A DNA stretch of 64,000 bases from a bacterium. Lineage in GTDB: Bacteria > SM23-31. The DNA lies in contig OZ252239.1 of NCBI GenBank assembly GCA_965249485.1, forward strand, positions 1,216,001 through 1,280,000, given 5' to 3'. Under the pieces are notes generated by a model. The model was not told the DNA's origin. It saw nothing but the letters and a program-made list of their open reading frames with translations, and made no database searches. Both the position numbers and the translations under genes were made by a program. Positions 32,497 through 43,145 of this stretch are shown here, piece after piece (the stretch's first letter is position 1; each line of letters begins with the position of its first letter).

Positions 32497-33486
32497 ATGA
32501 GCACAGATATTCAGGCAATCAATGAAAAGATCGAAAAAGAATCGCAGTTCGTCGATCTACTGAAAAGTGAAATTTCAAAAGTAATTGTCGGTCAAAATTA
32601 TATGATTGAACGGCTCCTGATCGGACTTTTGGCAGACGGCCATGTTCTGCTGGAAGGTGTTCCGGGATTGGCAAAAACGCTTGTAGTGAATACTCTCTCC
32701 AAAGCGATTCAGACGAAATTTCAACGGATCCAGTTTACTCCCGATCTGCTGCCCGCTGACCTGATCGGAACATTAATTTACAATCAGCAGGAAGGGACGT
32801 TTCAGACGAAGAAGGGCCCCTTGTTTGCCAATCTAATTCTTGTCGATGAGGTGAACCGCTCTCCGGCGAAAGTCCAAAGCGCACTGCTTGAAGCAATGCA
32901 GGAGCGTCAGGTTACCATTGGTGAGGAGACCTTCAAGTTAGACCTGCCGTTTCTGGTTATGGCGACACAAAATCCGATTGAGCAGGAGGGGACTTACCCG
33001 CTTCCCGAAGCTCAAGTCGACCGTTTTATGTTGAAAGTTGTAGTGAATTATCCGAGCAAAGATGAAGAGTTGGAGATCATGCGGCGGATGACGGGAGATT
33101 CACTCTATGAAGTAAAGCCGGTTATTAAACCGAAGGATATTATAAAATCAAGAGAATTGGTTAGAGATGTATATGTCGACGAAAAAATCGACCGTTATAT
33201 AATTGATATTGTTCTTGCAACGAGAAATCCGTCCGACTACGGTCTTAATGATTTAACGGAACTGATCCAGTATGGTGCGTCGCCACGTGCTTCTATTAAT
33301 CTCCGTCTTGCGGCAAAAGCATATGCTTTTCTCAAACACAGAGGATATGTCACACCCGAAGATGTCAGATCTATCGGTCAGGATGTACTCCGGCATAGAG
33401 TCATTGTAACCTACGAAGCAGAAGCGGAAGAGATGATCGGCGAAGATATTGTTAAGAAAATACTCGACCACATTGAAGTCCCGTAA
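32497..33486 (+). CDS. moxR: MoxR family AAA+ ATPase
   Basis: HVLLEGVPGLAKT, RIQFTPDLLPAD, DEVNR, ATQNPIEQEGTYPLPEAQVDRF. Confidence 0.95.
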   Translation: MSTDIQAINEKIEKESQFVDLLKSEISKVIVGQNYMIERLLIGLLADGHVLLEGVPGLAKTLVVNTLSKAIQTKFQRIQFTPDLLPADLIGTLIYNQQEGTFQTKKGPLFANLILVDEVNRSPAKVQSALLEAMQERQVTIGEETFKLDLPFLVMATQNPIEQEGTYPLPEAQVDRFMLKVVVNYPSKDEELEIMRRMTGDSLYEVKPVIKPKDIIKSRELVRDVYVDEKIDRYIIDIVLATRNPSDYGLNDLTELIQYGASPRASINLRLAAKAYAFLKHRGYVTPEDVRSIGQDVLRHRVIVTYEAEAEEMIGEDIVKKILDHIEVP

Positions 33487-33547
33487 GACGCATAAATTTG
33501 GTTTGATATTAAATTAGATTTAGTACTAACAGCATTACACATAACAG

Positions 33548-34426
33548 ATGATTCCACGAGAGATACTCAAAAAAGTTAAGTACATTGAAATTCAGACGAG
33601 AGGACTTGTCAACGAAGTTTTCAGTGGCAGATACCAATCGATCTTTAAAGGGCAGGGTCTTGATTTTAACGATATCCGCGAATATCAGCCGGGAGACGAT
33701 ATCCGGTCGATCGACTGGAATGTTTCTGCCCGTGCGGGACGTCCCTATATCAAAATATTTGAAGAAGAGCGGGAGTTGACCGTAATGCTCATGGTCGATG
33801 TAAGTGCTTCGTCACAATTTGGGACGTTTAATCAGATGAAAGGGGAACTTGCAGTTGAGTTGTGTGCGGTTCTTGCTTTTTCCGCAATCAAAAATAACGA
33901 TAAAATCGGACTGATCATTTTTAGCGACCGGATCGAAAAATATATTCCACCCAAAACGGGCAAGTCTCATGTGTTACGGTTACTCAGAGAGCTGCTTTAT
34001 TTTAAACCCGAAGGTGAAAAGACCGACCTCTCGGTTCCGCTCGAATACCTCTATAAAGTGATGCGGAAGCGGGCGACTGTGTTTCTCGTGTCAGACTTCT
34101 TGTCCGGCAGCTATGAGAGCGCCTTGCGGATTGCAAATAAAAAACATGATATAGTGGCTATTACAATCAACGATCCGCGTGAACATGACATGCCTGATGT
34201 CGGCCTTATTGAGCTCCGGGATGCTGAAACAGACCAGATAGTTCTATTGGATACATCGAACAAAGACATGATGGATCAGTTTACTATTCAGGCGGAACTG
34301 GCTGTGGAAAAGAGGGAATCCCTATTTAAATCTATGAATATGGATTTCATTAATTTGTTTACGAATGAGTCTTACGTGAAACCGCTTGTTACCTTCTTTC
34401 GGAAACGGGCAAAACGGTTTCATTAG
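33548..34426 (+). CDS. DUF58 (vWA-like) protein
   Basis: REYQPGDDIRSIDWNVSAR, FEEERE, DVSAS, SDF motifs; follows moxR. Confidence 0.93.
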   Translation: MIPREILKKVKYIEIQTRGLVNEVFSGRYQSIFKGQGLDFNDIREYQPGDDIRSIDWNVSARAGRPYIKIFEEERELTVMLMVDVSASSQFGTFNQMKGELAVELCAVLAFSAIKNNDKIGLIIFSDRIEKYIPPKTGKSHVLRLLRELLYFKPEGEKTDLSVPLEYLYKVMRKRATVFLVSDFLSGSYESALRIANKKHDIVAITINDPREHDMPDVGLIELRDAETDQIVLLDTSNKDMMDQFTIQAELAVEKRESLFKSMNMDFINLFTNESYVKPLVTFFRKRAKRFH

Positions 34427-34477
34427 TATAATGAATAAATGAGACAATTATAGTACAAACAAAGAAACGAGTCAACT

Positions 34478-35413
34478 ATGAAAATGTTACCAGTTATATT
34501 CTGCGCAGCACTGCTATATGGTTGTTCACCAGCTGTTCCTGGTGCGGATATTCCCCTTGAGCGACAGCGGAGTCTTGCCGATGCCCTTGCAGATCAACTG
34601 CTTTATGAGCAAGCTGTGACCGAATATCAGATCATACTTGAACGTTACAAACTCGATTTCGATGCCCGTTCAGAAATCAATTTTACAATCGGTGAAATTC
34701 TTTTTGAGGAGTTGAATGACTATTCAAATGCCCTTGCCTATTACTTGAAGATTCAGCATCTATTTCCGGAGAGTACACTCAACGGTGTGGCACAAGACCG
34801 GATCGTTGCTTGTCTCGAACGGCTCGGTCGCTCGGCTGAAGCAATGCGGATTGTTCGTGAATCGGAAGCCGAGACGGACGAAGAATCGCCCTTTACTTCT
34901 CAACAGGGAGATACGATTGCAGTTGTTGATGGTAAAGTGCTAACTTCCGGTGAGTTTAATTCTATTTTTAACTATTATTACAACCTTCTGCCTGCGGAAC
35001 AGCGAGGCGATACACCAACACGGGAGCATAAACTGGTATTTCTGCGCGATTATTTGAGAAATGAGGTATTATTCAACTCTGCCAAACGGAGAGGTCTGGC
35101 CGATTCACCGGAATTCAAGGAACTCCAGTTTCTCCAGATGAAAGATCTGCTCGTTCAGAGACTGCTGCAAACAGAAGTTTATAATAAAGTAACAATTGAA
35201 AATTCCGAGATAGAGGAATATTACAGGACAAGTGGTGACATTCTAACGCGGACAAATCCTGACGGCTCCAAAGGTAAACCGACAATTGAAGAAGCCCGTG
35301 ATTTTATTCAACAGATCTTGATGAATCAAAAATCTCAGGGGATACAGGAGCAGTTGACCGACCAGTTGATCGAAGCACAAGAGGCTCAAATTTACTTAGA
35401 TAACGTCCAGTAG
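34478..35413 (+). CDS. Putative lipoprotein: TPR region plus SurA/PrsA-like chaperone domain
   Basis: LLYGC lipobox and TPR helices, then IAVVDGKVLT..EVLFNSAKRRGLADSPEF..VTIENSEIEEYY..TIEEARDFIQQIL. Confidence 0.65.
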   Translation: MKMLPVIFCAALLYGCSPAVPGADIPLERQRSLADALADQLLYEQAVTEYQIILERYKLDFDARSEINFTIGEILFEELNDYSNALAYYLKIQHLFPESTLNGVAQDRIVACLERLGRSAEAMRIVRESEAETDEESPFTSQQGDTIAVVDGKVLTSGEFNSIFNYYYNLLPAEQRGDTPTREHKLVFLRDYLRNEVLFNSAKRRGLADSPEFKELQFLQMKDLLVQRLLQTEVYNKVTIENSEIEEYYRTSGDILTRTNPDGSKGKPTIEEARDFIQQILMNQKSQGIQEQLTDQLIEAQEAQIYLDNVQ

Positions 35414-35582
35414 TATTGAAAATTTACGATTTTGATTGAATATTAAAACTATGTCACTGTCGTGATTCACAGATTACCGGAATGATTGTATAATCTTTAT
35501 GAAGTGTGTTGGAAGATTCACTTGATCACGCAATTTTTAACATACATGTAAATTTTATTTATGAACTAATCCTGCTAAACAT

Positions 35583-36623
35583 ATGAAGTTGATTAGTAAA
35601 AAATATTGCACAATATTGGAAATTACAGCACTCGTCTTATTTTCCATCGGAGTTTCCTTTGCACAGGAAGGTGTCATTGTAGTGGATTCCCGGGTGCAGC
35701 CTGACCGTGCAACTCTGGGACAATACATTTCGTTCGAAGTTGTGATCAAACACACGATGGATATTCAGGTTTCTGTTCCTACACCAGGAATTGAATACGG
35801 GGGTCTCGAACTCATTGATTATGCAGTACCGGATCCGGTTGATGTAATAGACCCGGTTCTGGGGAACATCATAGAAGAACGGGCGATGTATACCGTAGCT
35901 GCATATGATACAGGTATGTTCACCATTCCTCCGGTCGAGGTGCTATTTCATGCCGGAACCGGGGAGGATCAATCAATTGTTACCAATCCGGTTCAGGTTA
36001 TAATTGAATCAATTTTACCGACCGATGCACAGGATATACTCGATATTAAAGAACCAATTCTGATTGTACAAAATATATTTCTCCTCTTATTAATAGGTAT
36101 AGTGATCGGCCTAATTATAGCGTATCTGATTTACCGACGATATCGAAAGAAAAAACAGAAAAAGGAACCACTCTTTTGGGATAGAAAACCACATCTTCCG
36201 CCGCATGAGGAAGCAATTGCTGCCTTACAAGAGTTAAAAGAATCGTTGCTGCTCAAACAAGGTAAAGTGAAAGAATATTATACGGCACTCTCTGATATTG
36301 AGCGCCTCTACATGCAGCGGCGGTATAATAAACCGTTCTTGATGATGACAACATCTGATACGAAAGATTGTCTTGCTCAGGAAAAATTTCCTGAAGAGGA
36401 ATTCAAAAAAGTAGATACACTCCTAAGCGAATGTGATCTTGTAAAATTTGCAAAATACCGGCCAGCCGGAGAAGCATATGAACGAGCTTGGCAGACTGCC
36501 TACGATATAATAGAGGGCACAAAACCGGTTGTAGAGTTTACAAATATACCGGAAAGTGTCTCAGATTCTACTACCAGGGATGAAATTGGTGGTGATAACT
36601 CAAACTCTGAAACAGAGAAATAA
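35583..36623 (+). CDS. Bat-operon membrane protein (BatD-like N-terminus, DUF4381-like)
   Basis: Signal peptide, DILDIKEP, one TM helix, PPHEEA, CDLVKFAKY; usual position before batA. Confidence 0.75.
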   Translation: MKLISKKYCTILEITALVLFSIGVSFAQEGVIVVDSRVQPDRATLGQYISFEVVIKHTMDIQVSVPTPGIEYGGLELIDYAVPDPVDVIDPVLGNIIEERAMYTVAAYDTGMFTIPPVEVLFHAGTGEDQSIVTNPVQVIIESILPTDAQDILDIKEPILIVQNIFLLLLIGIVIGLIIAYLIYRRYRKKKQKKEPLFWDRKPHLPPHEEAIAALQELKESLLLKQGKVKEYYTALSDIERLYMQRRYNKPFLMMTTSDTKDCLAQEKFPEEEFKKVDTLLSECDLVKFAKYRPAGEAYERAWQTAYDIIEGTKPVVEFTNIPESVSDSTTRDEIGGDNSNSETEK

Positions 36624-36646
36624 TCTCAATAATAGTGTTATAAATT

Positions 36647-37636
36647 ATGATATTCGACGATCCATATTTCCTCATATTGCTGATTATAGTTCCGATATTG
36701 ATATTGCTATATATTAAACAGAGGATCAGCCGGGGAGGATTTGTGACCTACTCCGATTTGACGGTGGTAAATAAACTTACACCTTCATGGAAGCAGCGGT
36801 TTAAACATCTTCTGTTCAGTATGAGGATGTTGACGCTCACTCTTGCTGTCATTGCGCTCGCCAGGCCGCAGTCGCCCTTCACGGAAGAAGAAATTACTAC
36901 TGAAGGTATCGATATTGTACTTGCAATTGACGTATCAAGCAGCATGAAGGCTGTCGATTTTCAGCCTTCAAACAGGCTGGAAGCCGCAAAGATTGTCAGC
37001 GCAGACTTTGTGAACGGCAGAGTGCATGACCGACTCGGGATGGTTGTTTTTGCCGGCAGAAGTTATACACAGTGCCCATTGACACTCGATTACGGTATTG
37101 TTCACTCATTTCTCGAAAGTATCCATATAGGGATGGTTGAAGACGGAACAGCAATCGGCATGGCAATCACGACCGCCGTGAACAGGCTGAGGAATTCCGA
37201 TGTAGAGAGTAAAGTGATTATCCTTCTGACCGACGGACGGAATAATCGGGGAGAACTAGATCCTATTACAGCATCTCAAATTGCAAAGGCGATGAATATC
37301 AAAATATACACAATTGGAATGGGCAAAGAGGGTACGGTAATGTACCCATTGGACGATCCGGTCAGGGGACAACGCCTTGTGCCGATACAATCAGATATCG
37401 ATGAAGAAATCCTGCAGCAGATTGCGGATAATACAGGTGGAAGCTATTTCCGGGCAACTGATGAAAAAAAGCTGGAAGAGATATTTAATCAGATTGACGA
37501 GATGGAAAAAACTGAAATTCAGGTAACCGAATATACCCGGTATGCAGAGCTTTTCGAATGGTTTGCGATTCCGTTGTTTGCACTACTTGTACTGGAAATC
37601 GTCTTGTCTCAGACAGTGTTTCGAAAGATACCCTAA
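36647..37636 (+). CDS. batA: BatA vWA protein
   Basis: ALARPQ, IDVSSSM MIDAS, QCPLTLD, GTAIG, LLTDG. Confidence 0.9.
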   Translation: MIFDDPYFLILLIIVPILILLYIKQRISRGGFVTYSDLTVVNKLTPSWKQRFKHLLFSMRMLTLTLAVIALARPQSPFTEEEITTEGIDIVLAIDVSSSMKAVDFQPSNRLEAAKIVSADFVNGRVHDRLGMVVFAGRSYTQCPLTLDYGIVHSFLESIHIGMVEDGTAIGMAITTAVNRLRNSDVESKVIILLTDGRNNRGELDPITASQIAKAMNIKIYTIGMGKEGTVMYPLDDPVRGQRLVPIQSDIDEEILQQIADNTGGSYFRATDEKKLEEIFNQIDEMEKTEIQVTEYTRYAELFEWFAIPLFALLVLEIVLSQTVFRKIP

Positions 37637-37654
37637 CTGAAGATTAAAGCAGCT

Positions 37655-38686
37655 ATGATTCGACTGGTAAATGAAAATATATTACAACTGTTCTGGCTTG
37701 TTCCGATCCTGATCCTGTTTTTTGTGCTCGCCTTCAGAAAAAAAACGAGGATTTTGGAGATGTTCGGTGCGTCTGAACTGATGAAAAAATTAACGGAAGA
37801 TACTAGCCGACGCAGGCAAATTGTAAAGGTTTGCCTCCTGACGGTATGCTCAGCAGTCATGATCGGTGCACTGGCGCGGCCGCAAATTGGAACTCGCCTG
37901 GAAGAAGTGAAGCGTGAAGGGCGGGATATAATTGTTGCCATCGATGTTTCGAAAAGCATGCTTGCCGAAGACATGACTCCTTCCCGGTTGGAGAAGGCGA
38001 AGCACGAAGTATCCGGTCTTATTGACCGGTTACAGGGCGACAGGATCGGTTTGATCGTGTTTGCAGGTGAGGCGTTCGTACAGTGTCCGCTGACACTCGA
38101 TTATAGCGCGGCAAAATTACTACTCAGCGTAGTCAATCCCGATCTGATTCCCCTGCCAGGTACTAATATTAGTCATGCTATCCGGAAAGCAGTAGAAAGT
38201 TTCGATCAGAATGAACCACAGCACAAGGTACTCGTTTTAATAACAGATGGGGAAGACCATACAGGTGAAGCAGAAACTGCAGCCGAAGAGGCATCCGAGG
38301 CAGGTATAGTCATCTATTCAGTCGGCATAGGATCGGCAGAAGGGGTTCCGATTCCCGAAATGAATGAAACTGGAATGGTAACCGGATATAAAAAGGACAG
38401 TGAAGGCAGGACGATCGTCACAAAACTCGATGAATTGACATTAGAGAAAATAGCCTTGACGACAAATGGTGTTTATTATCATACCTCTCCGGAAGAATCG
38501 GAGCTCGATGCGCTTTACGAAGAAATTGCAGCAGGAGAAGCAAAGGAGCTCGGAATGATGCAAGTTACCCAATTCGAAGAAAGATTTCAGTTTTTTTTAG
38601 GACTCTTTATTATTCTTCTCGTATGGGAAACGGTTTACTCTGAACGGAAACGGATTAAATCCGAATGGAAGGGCCGGTTTCTCTAA
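37655..38686 (+). CDS. batB: BatB vWA protein
   Basis: IDVSKSMLAED..PSRLEKAK, QCPLTLDY, ITDGEDH. Confidence 0.9.
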   Translation: MIRLVNENILQLFWLVPILILFFVLAFRKKTRILEMFGASELMKKLTEDTSRRRQIVKVCLLTVCSAVMIGALARPQIGTRLEEVKREGRDIIVAIDVSKSMLAEDMTPSRLEKAKHEVSGLIDRLQGDRIGLIVFAGEAFVQCPLTLDYSAAKLLLSVVNPDLIPLPGTNISHAIRKAVESFDQNEPQHKVLVLITDGEDHTGEAETAAEEASEAGIVIYSVGIGSAEGVPIPEMNETGMVTGYKKDSEGRTIVTKLDELTLEKIALTTNGVYYHTSPEESELDALYEEIAAGEAKELGMMQVTQFEERFQFFLGLFIILLVWETVYSERKRIKSEWKGRFL

Positions 38687-38758
38687 AATAAGGTATTATT
38701 ACTGGAGAAAAACAGGAATTTGTTGGTATAATTAATGTAACATAACCTAAAAAATATT

Positions 38759-39487
38759 ATGAAAAAAATATTACTCCTGACATTCATTGTATCCGTAATG
38801 ACAGTGTTACGAGTGCATCCCCTTTTAGCGCAGGAAGCTCCGCCGCCGGTGCAGGATTACCAGCAGAACAAGTTTTATGAAACAAAACAATATTCTGAGG
38901 AAAATGTTTCCAGAATTCAGCTCGCAGATGAACAATACAAGACAGAACAGTTCAATGAAGCTATGAATCTTTATGAGGATGCTGCAACGAATAATCCGGA
39001 AGCTGCTGAACTCCACTACAACATTGGGAATTCTCTGTTTCGCTTGGGAAAACTGCCCGAAGCAATTGAAGAGTATAAGAAAGCACTCAAAATTAATCCT
39101 GATGATTATGACAGTAAGTTTAATCTGGAATTTGCTCTGAACCAGATGAAAGATCAACAACAGCAGCAGAACCAGGACCAAAATGAGCAGGATGAAAAAG
39201 AACAAGATCAGCAACAGCAAGACCAGCAGCAGAATGAAGATCAGCAGGAGCAACAGCAAAACCAGGACCAAAATGAGCAGGATGAACAAGAACAAGATCA
39301 GCAGAATCAACAGGACGGGCAGGATCAACAAGATCAACAGCAACAGCAGCCTCAACCCGATGATCGTGAAATGACACAGGAGGAAGCTGAACAGATCTTG
39401 AATGCTTTGCTGAACGATGAAAAAGATCTGCAGGAGCAGAGGAAGATGGAGCCGCAGGGCAATATTAAAGTGCTCAAAGATTGGTAA
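38759..39487 (+). CDS. batC: BatC TPR protein with Gln/Asp-rich linker
   Basis: YNIGNSLF TPR, KFNLE, poly-Q tract, AEQILNAL..KDW C-terminus. Confidence 0.85.
   Translation: MKKILLLTFIVSVMTVLRVHPLLAQEAPPPVQDYQQNKFYETKQYSEENVSRIQLADEQYKTEQFNEAMNLYEDAATNNPEAAELHYNIGNSLFRLGKLPEAIEEYKKALKINPDDYDSKFNLEFALNQMKDQQQQQNQDQNEQDEKEQDQQQQDQQQNEDQQEQQQNQDQNEQDEQEQDQQNQQDGQDQQDQQQQQPQPDDREMTQEEAEQILNALLNDEKDLQEQRKMEPQGNIKVLKDW
39160..39350 (+). repeat. Low-complexity CAG/CAA tract with a 90-bp-period duplication inside batC
   Basis: ACCAGGACCAAAATGAGCAGGATGAA occurs at 39171 and 39261. Confidence 0.85.
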
Positions 39488-39556
39488 AACGTTGCATTGT
39501 ACAGAATTTATCAATTAAATCTGAATAGTGTATGAACCAAACTATAAGGGGGATAT

Positions 39557-39769
39557 GTGTTTGATGAGATAACATTGAGTCAGTTGTTTCTTATTGCAAC
39601 AATCCTGTATGGTCTTTACAAGAAAATGAGTTCAGGTACAACATATAATGATACAATGAAAAAAGAAATGGATAAACTTACTGGTACAAAAAAAGGCACT
39701 GCCGCTCTTGAAGAAACGACAAATAGTGATAATATCGAGGAAGATCCTTTTAAGAGTTTAACTCCATGA
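39557..39769 (+). CDS. Small single-TM membrane protein
   Basis: GTG start after AAGGGGG; hydrophobic LFLIATILYGLY; ATGA overlap with the next gene. Confidence 0.6.
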   Translation: MFDEITLSQLFLIATILYGLYKKMSSGTTYNDTMKKEMDKLTGTKKGTAALEETTNSDNIEEDPFKSLTP

Positions 39770-40212
39770 AACAATTAGTTGACCGCACAGCAATTTGTTT
39801 GATGTTTTTTGCCGTATTCAGTACAAGTGTTTATTTCACTTCATGTGGAAGTCAGAGCAGTGTATTCAGGGATGTTGAGCAGCTTCGAGCAAAGAATTTT
39901 GAAGATCTTTCGCCAGCAGAACAACTTGAACTTGAATTGGCAAACTCTTTCACAGATACGGACAGGTACATTGCATACGGCCGTTTCGAAGAGGCATTGG
40001 CAATTCTAAGGAACATTGTGAGTAATCATTCGAACACCCCATATGCTGACAAAGCCTTCTACATTCGGGGAACGATCTATTCACATATGCTCTATTTTCA
40101 CCGGGATGTAGAAAAGGCCGCTGCCGCATACAGGATGGTTCTTGCATCCGAACCGGTAACCGAATTTGATATGAAAGCACAGAATGCTCTCAAATTGATG
40201 AAGAATCAATAG
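39766..40212 (+). CDS. TPR-containing putative lipoprotein
   Basis: FTSC-GS lipobox; YADKAFYIRGTIY TPR-like repeats. Confidence 0.7.
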   Translation: MKQLVDRTAICLMFFAVFSTSVYFTSCGSQSSVFRDVEQLRAKNFEDLSPAEQLELELANSFTDTDRYIAYGRFEEALAILRNIVSNHSNTPYADKAFYIRGTIYSHMLYFHRDVEKAAAAYRMVLASEPVTEFDMKAQNALKLMKNQ

Positions 40213-40227
40213 AATTAAATTATATAA

Positions 40228-42111
40228 ATGAAATCTAAATTTACGGCAATCAGTTTTTATACAGCGACAACGTTGATCTGTCTCTTTGTCATGAATCCTG
40301 ACACCGTGACAGGACAGAATACGACCGTCCGGTCATACTTGAAGCAGAATTTCGCTGTTGTCAATCAGGTTGCCGATCTGGCAATTGAAGTTTCAAGTAG
40401 TGCAATGAATCAGAGTGCGCAGCCAGAACTCCCCGTTTTCGGAGAGTGGTTTTCATTTGCCGGTTCGCGTGGTTCATCACAGAGTGTTTCGATCATTAAC
40501 GGACAGGTTTCTTCATCTGTTACCTATTCTTACGGTATACTCCCACTGAAAGAAGGAACTGCAACAATCCCGCGTATCAAAGTCCGTATAGGAGGACAGG
40601 ATTATTACAGTGAGCCTCTTACAGTCGAAATAAAAGATACCGGAGCTGCCCCGCAGCCTCAGCAGCAGGTCCGGCCGAGACTGCGTACACCGAGAAATCC
40701 TGCTCAACCGGAGCAGCCTGTCGACATTCATCTTATCGCGGATGTCGATAAAGAAACAGTTTATCAGAACCAGGGAATTACGGTAGAATACAAAGTCTAT
40801 TTTGGACCGGGTGTGACCGTCAGAGAGTATTCACCACTCAACACACCGAATACAGCAGGGTTTTGGACGGAAGAATATCCCATGGATACGTCTCCCCGCG
40901 CTGTGCCGGAATTCTATAATGGTAAGCAATATAACGCTGCTGTTCTGCAGAAAGTTGAACTCTTTCCGACAAATTCGGGGGATTTCGAGCTTGATCCGAA
41001 AGAGATGAAATTTGTTGTGAGAATGCCGAACAGATCGAGAAGCATTTTTGACAATTTAGATTCTTTTTTTGACAATCCATTTAGTAGTTCACTGCGGGAT
41101 GTTTCTGTTCGTTCAAATCGTCTCAATATCACCGTAAAGCCGCTCCCGGTTGAAGGGCGCCCTTCATATTTCGCAGGTGCTGTCGGTGATTATACAATTA
41201 ATGCAGATGTCGATATAGCTCAGGTAAAAGTCCACGATTCAATTACCATGACAGTTACGGTGAATGGTAAAGGTAATATTAAACTGATTAATGAACCGGA
41301 ACTCAACCTTTCTGGTGATTTTGAGCGATACGATCCGAAAATTTCGGAGAATATAATCCGAAGAGGAAATGAAATCTCCGGGGAAAAAAAATTCGAATAT
41401 GTCCTGATTCCACGGCGTGCGGGTACCTATACGCTTGACCCAATTTCATTTGTTTATTTTAATCCTGAGCTGGAAACATACAAAACTGTAACTACTACTC
41501 CAATTTCACTGACCGTCGATCCGGGAGAAACTATTGCCGGCGGATCAATCCGCAATCTGACGCGGGAAGAAATCCGGCTAGTCGGTCAGGATATCAGGTT
41601 TATAAAAGAGTCAGTATCACAATGGTACGAAACGGGGCGACGGGAATACATTAACTGGACATTTATGACGATACTGTTTTCCCCGATTATTCTGTTTTTT
41701 GTCGGACTGACCTACAGCAGACATCTTGACAGACTTCAAAAAGATACCGGTTATAAACGGAGTCGACAGGCGAACACTGTTGCCAGTAGGCGGCTGAAAC
41801 AAGCTCATACGCACCTGCATAAAGACGAACCAGAAAAGTTTTATCCTGAAGTTGCCCGTATACTGCAAGAGTATATTGCAGACAAATTAAACATCTCTGC
41901 TGCCGGTATTGTCGCCGATGAGTTGCAATCATTGCTCTCCGGTAAAAACATTGATACTGATCTAATATCCGAGTATATAGCATGCCTGAAACAGTGTGAT
42001 TTTTTTAGATTCAGCACGACCGATTCTTCGCAGGGAGAGATGGGAAAACTCTACGACCGGTCAAAATTGGCAATACTTAGTTTAGAAGAACGAATGAAAA
42101 AAGTTGCCTAA
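40228..42111 (+). CDS. batD: BatD protein
   Basis: SVSIINGQ, FAGAVG, GKGNIKLI, YFNPE; C-terminal TM helix; Bat operon position. Confidence 0.88.
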   Translation: MKSKFTAISFYTATTLICLFVMNPDTVTGQNTTVRSYLKQNFAVVNQVADLAIEVSSSAMNQSAQPELPVFGEWFSFAGSRGSSQSVSIINGQVSSSVTYSYGILPLKEGTATIPRIKVRIGGQDYYSEPLTVEIKDTGAAPQPQQQVRPRLRTPRNPAQPEQPVDIHLIADVDKETVYQNQGITVEYKVYFGPGVTVREYSPLNTPNTAGFWTEEYPMDTSPRAVPEFYNGKQYNAAVLQKVELFPTNSGDFELDPKEMKFVVRMPNRSRSIFDNLDSFFDNPFSSSLRDVSVRSNRLNITVKPLPVEGRPSYFAGAVGDYTINADVDIAQVKVHDSITMTVTVNGKGNIKLINEPELNLSGDFERYDPKISENIIRRGNEISGEKKFEYVLIPRRAGTYTLDPISFVYFNPELETYKTVTTTPISLTVDPGETIAGGSIRNLTREEIRLVGQDIRFIKESVSQWYETGRREYINWTFMTILFSPIILFFVGLTYSRHLDRLQKDTGYKRSRQANTVASRRLKQAHTHLHKDEPEKFYPEVARILQEYIADKLNISAAGIVADELQSLLSGKNIDTDLISEYIACLKQCDFFRFSTTDSSQGEMGKLYDRSKLAILSLEERMKKVA

Positions 42112-42145
42112 TATTTGTTGAAGTAATATCCTGGTTGGAACTTGC

Positions 42146-42913
42146 ATGAAATATTGTGTATTGAAATCAATTTCTTTATTTCTATTACTCATCTTGAGTA
42201 CCTCTGCCGGTGCACAGGACATAGAATCACTTTTCAGGGATGGGAATAGATTCTATCAGGAGGGAGATTACGAAGCAGCACTGGATCGGTACCAAGTGAT
42301 TCTTGATCAAAGTTTTGAGAGCGGTGAACTTTATTACAACATGGGCAACGTGCATTATAAAAATCAGAATATGGGGAATGCGGTACTGTATTACGAAAAA
42401 GCACGAAGCTATTTTCCTGACAATGAAGACTTACTCCATAATCTCGAATTAACCTCTCTCATGCTGACTGACAAAATTACACCGATTGCCGATGTGTTTT
42501 ATGTCCGGTACTGGAACGTCTTCCGGGGAATGTTCGGAATAACCGTATGGAAAATGCTGTTTTTCACAATGTGGTTTTTTACTGCCGGTCAGTCGATCAT
42601 GCTTCTCTTCCTGCAGCAGTCCCAGGTGAGAAAACTCCTCAGGACAGGTTTGATACTTTCCGGTGTGCTAATCGCACTCATTTCCGCAGTGTTTTTCTCT
42701 GACATATATATCGATAAATCAGGATCGTTCGGCATTGTCATGGCCGGGGAAATCACCGCCTATTCAGCACCGACTGATAACGGAATGGAAGTCTTTCTTA
42801 TTCACGAAGGAACGAAAGTTAAAATTTCCCGCACACTTGGCAATTGGATAGAAATCCGGCTCGAAGATGGAAACGTCGGCTGGATTTCAAGCAGCTCCAT
42901 TGAAATTATTTGA
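42146..42913 (+). CDS. batE: BatE TPR + SH3 protein
   Basis: YYNMGN TPR, two TM helices, IHEGTKV..WIEIRLEDGNVGWI SH3b domain. Confidence 0.88.
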   Translation: MKYCVLKSISLFLLLILSTSAGAQDIESLFRDGNRFYQEGDYEAALDRYQVILDQSFESGELYYNMGNVHYKNQNMGNAVLYYEKARSYFPDNEDLLHNLELTSLMLTDKITPIADVFYVRYWNVFRGMFGITVWKMLFFTMWFFTAGQSIMLLFLQQSQVRKLLRTGLILSGVLIALISAVFFSDIYIDKSGSFGIVMAGEITAYSAPTDNGMEVFLIHEGTKVKISRTLGNWIEIRLEDGNVGWISSSSIEII

Positions 42914-43043
42914 CAGAAACTTCTCTAAACTGCTTTAGGAAATCCCACAATTATATTCAAAATGATATAGATTCGCTATTATTTTAATACCACTTTGCCG
43001 GTAACGTCCATTCTGATTTTGCGCATCTGTTTCCAGAATTCAA

Positions 43044-43072
43044 TTGACTAAACCGACAGGTATTAGTACATT
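43044..43072 (+). promoter_or_regulatory. Sigma70-type promoter upstream of yicC
   Basis: TTGACT-N17-TACATT. Confidence 0.5.
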
Positions 43073-43145
43073 TAAGGGCTGTAGTGATTAGGCATTGAGA
43101 AGTCCGACGATCGTAGTTTCTGACAACCATTGAAAGGCATATACT

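Noticed and set aside
38825..39514. 229-aa Leu-rich antisense ORF
   Set aside because: It is the reverse-complement shadow of the batC poly-Gln tract.
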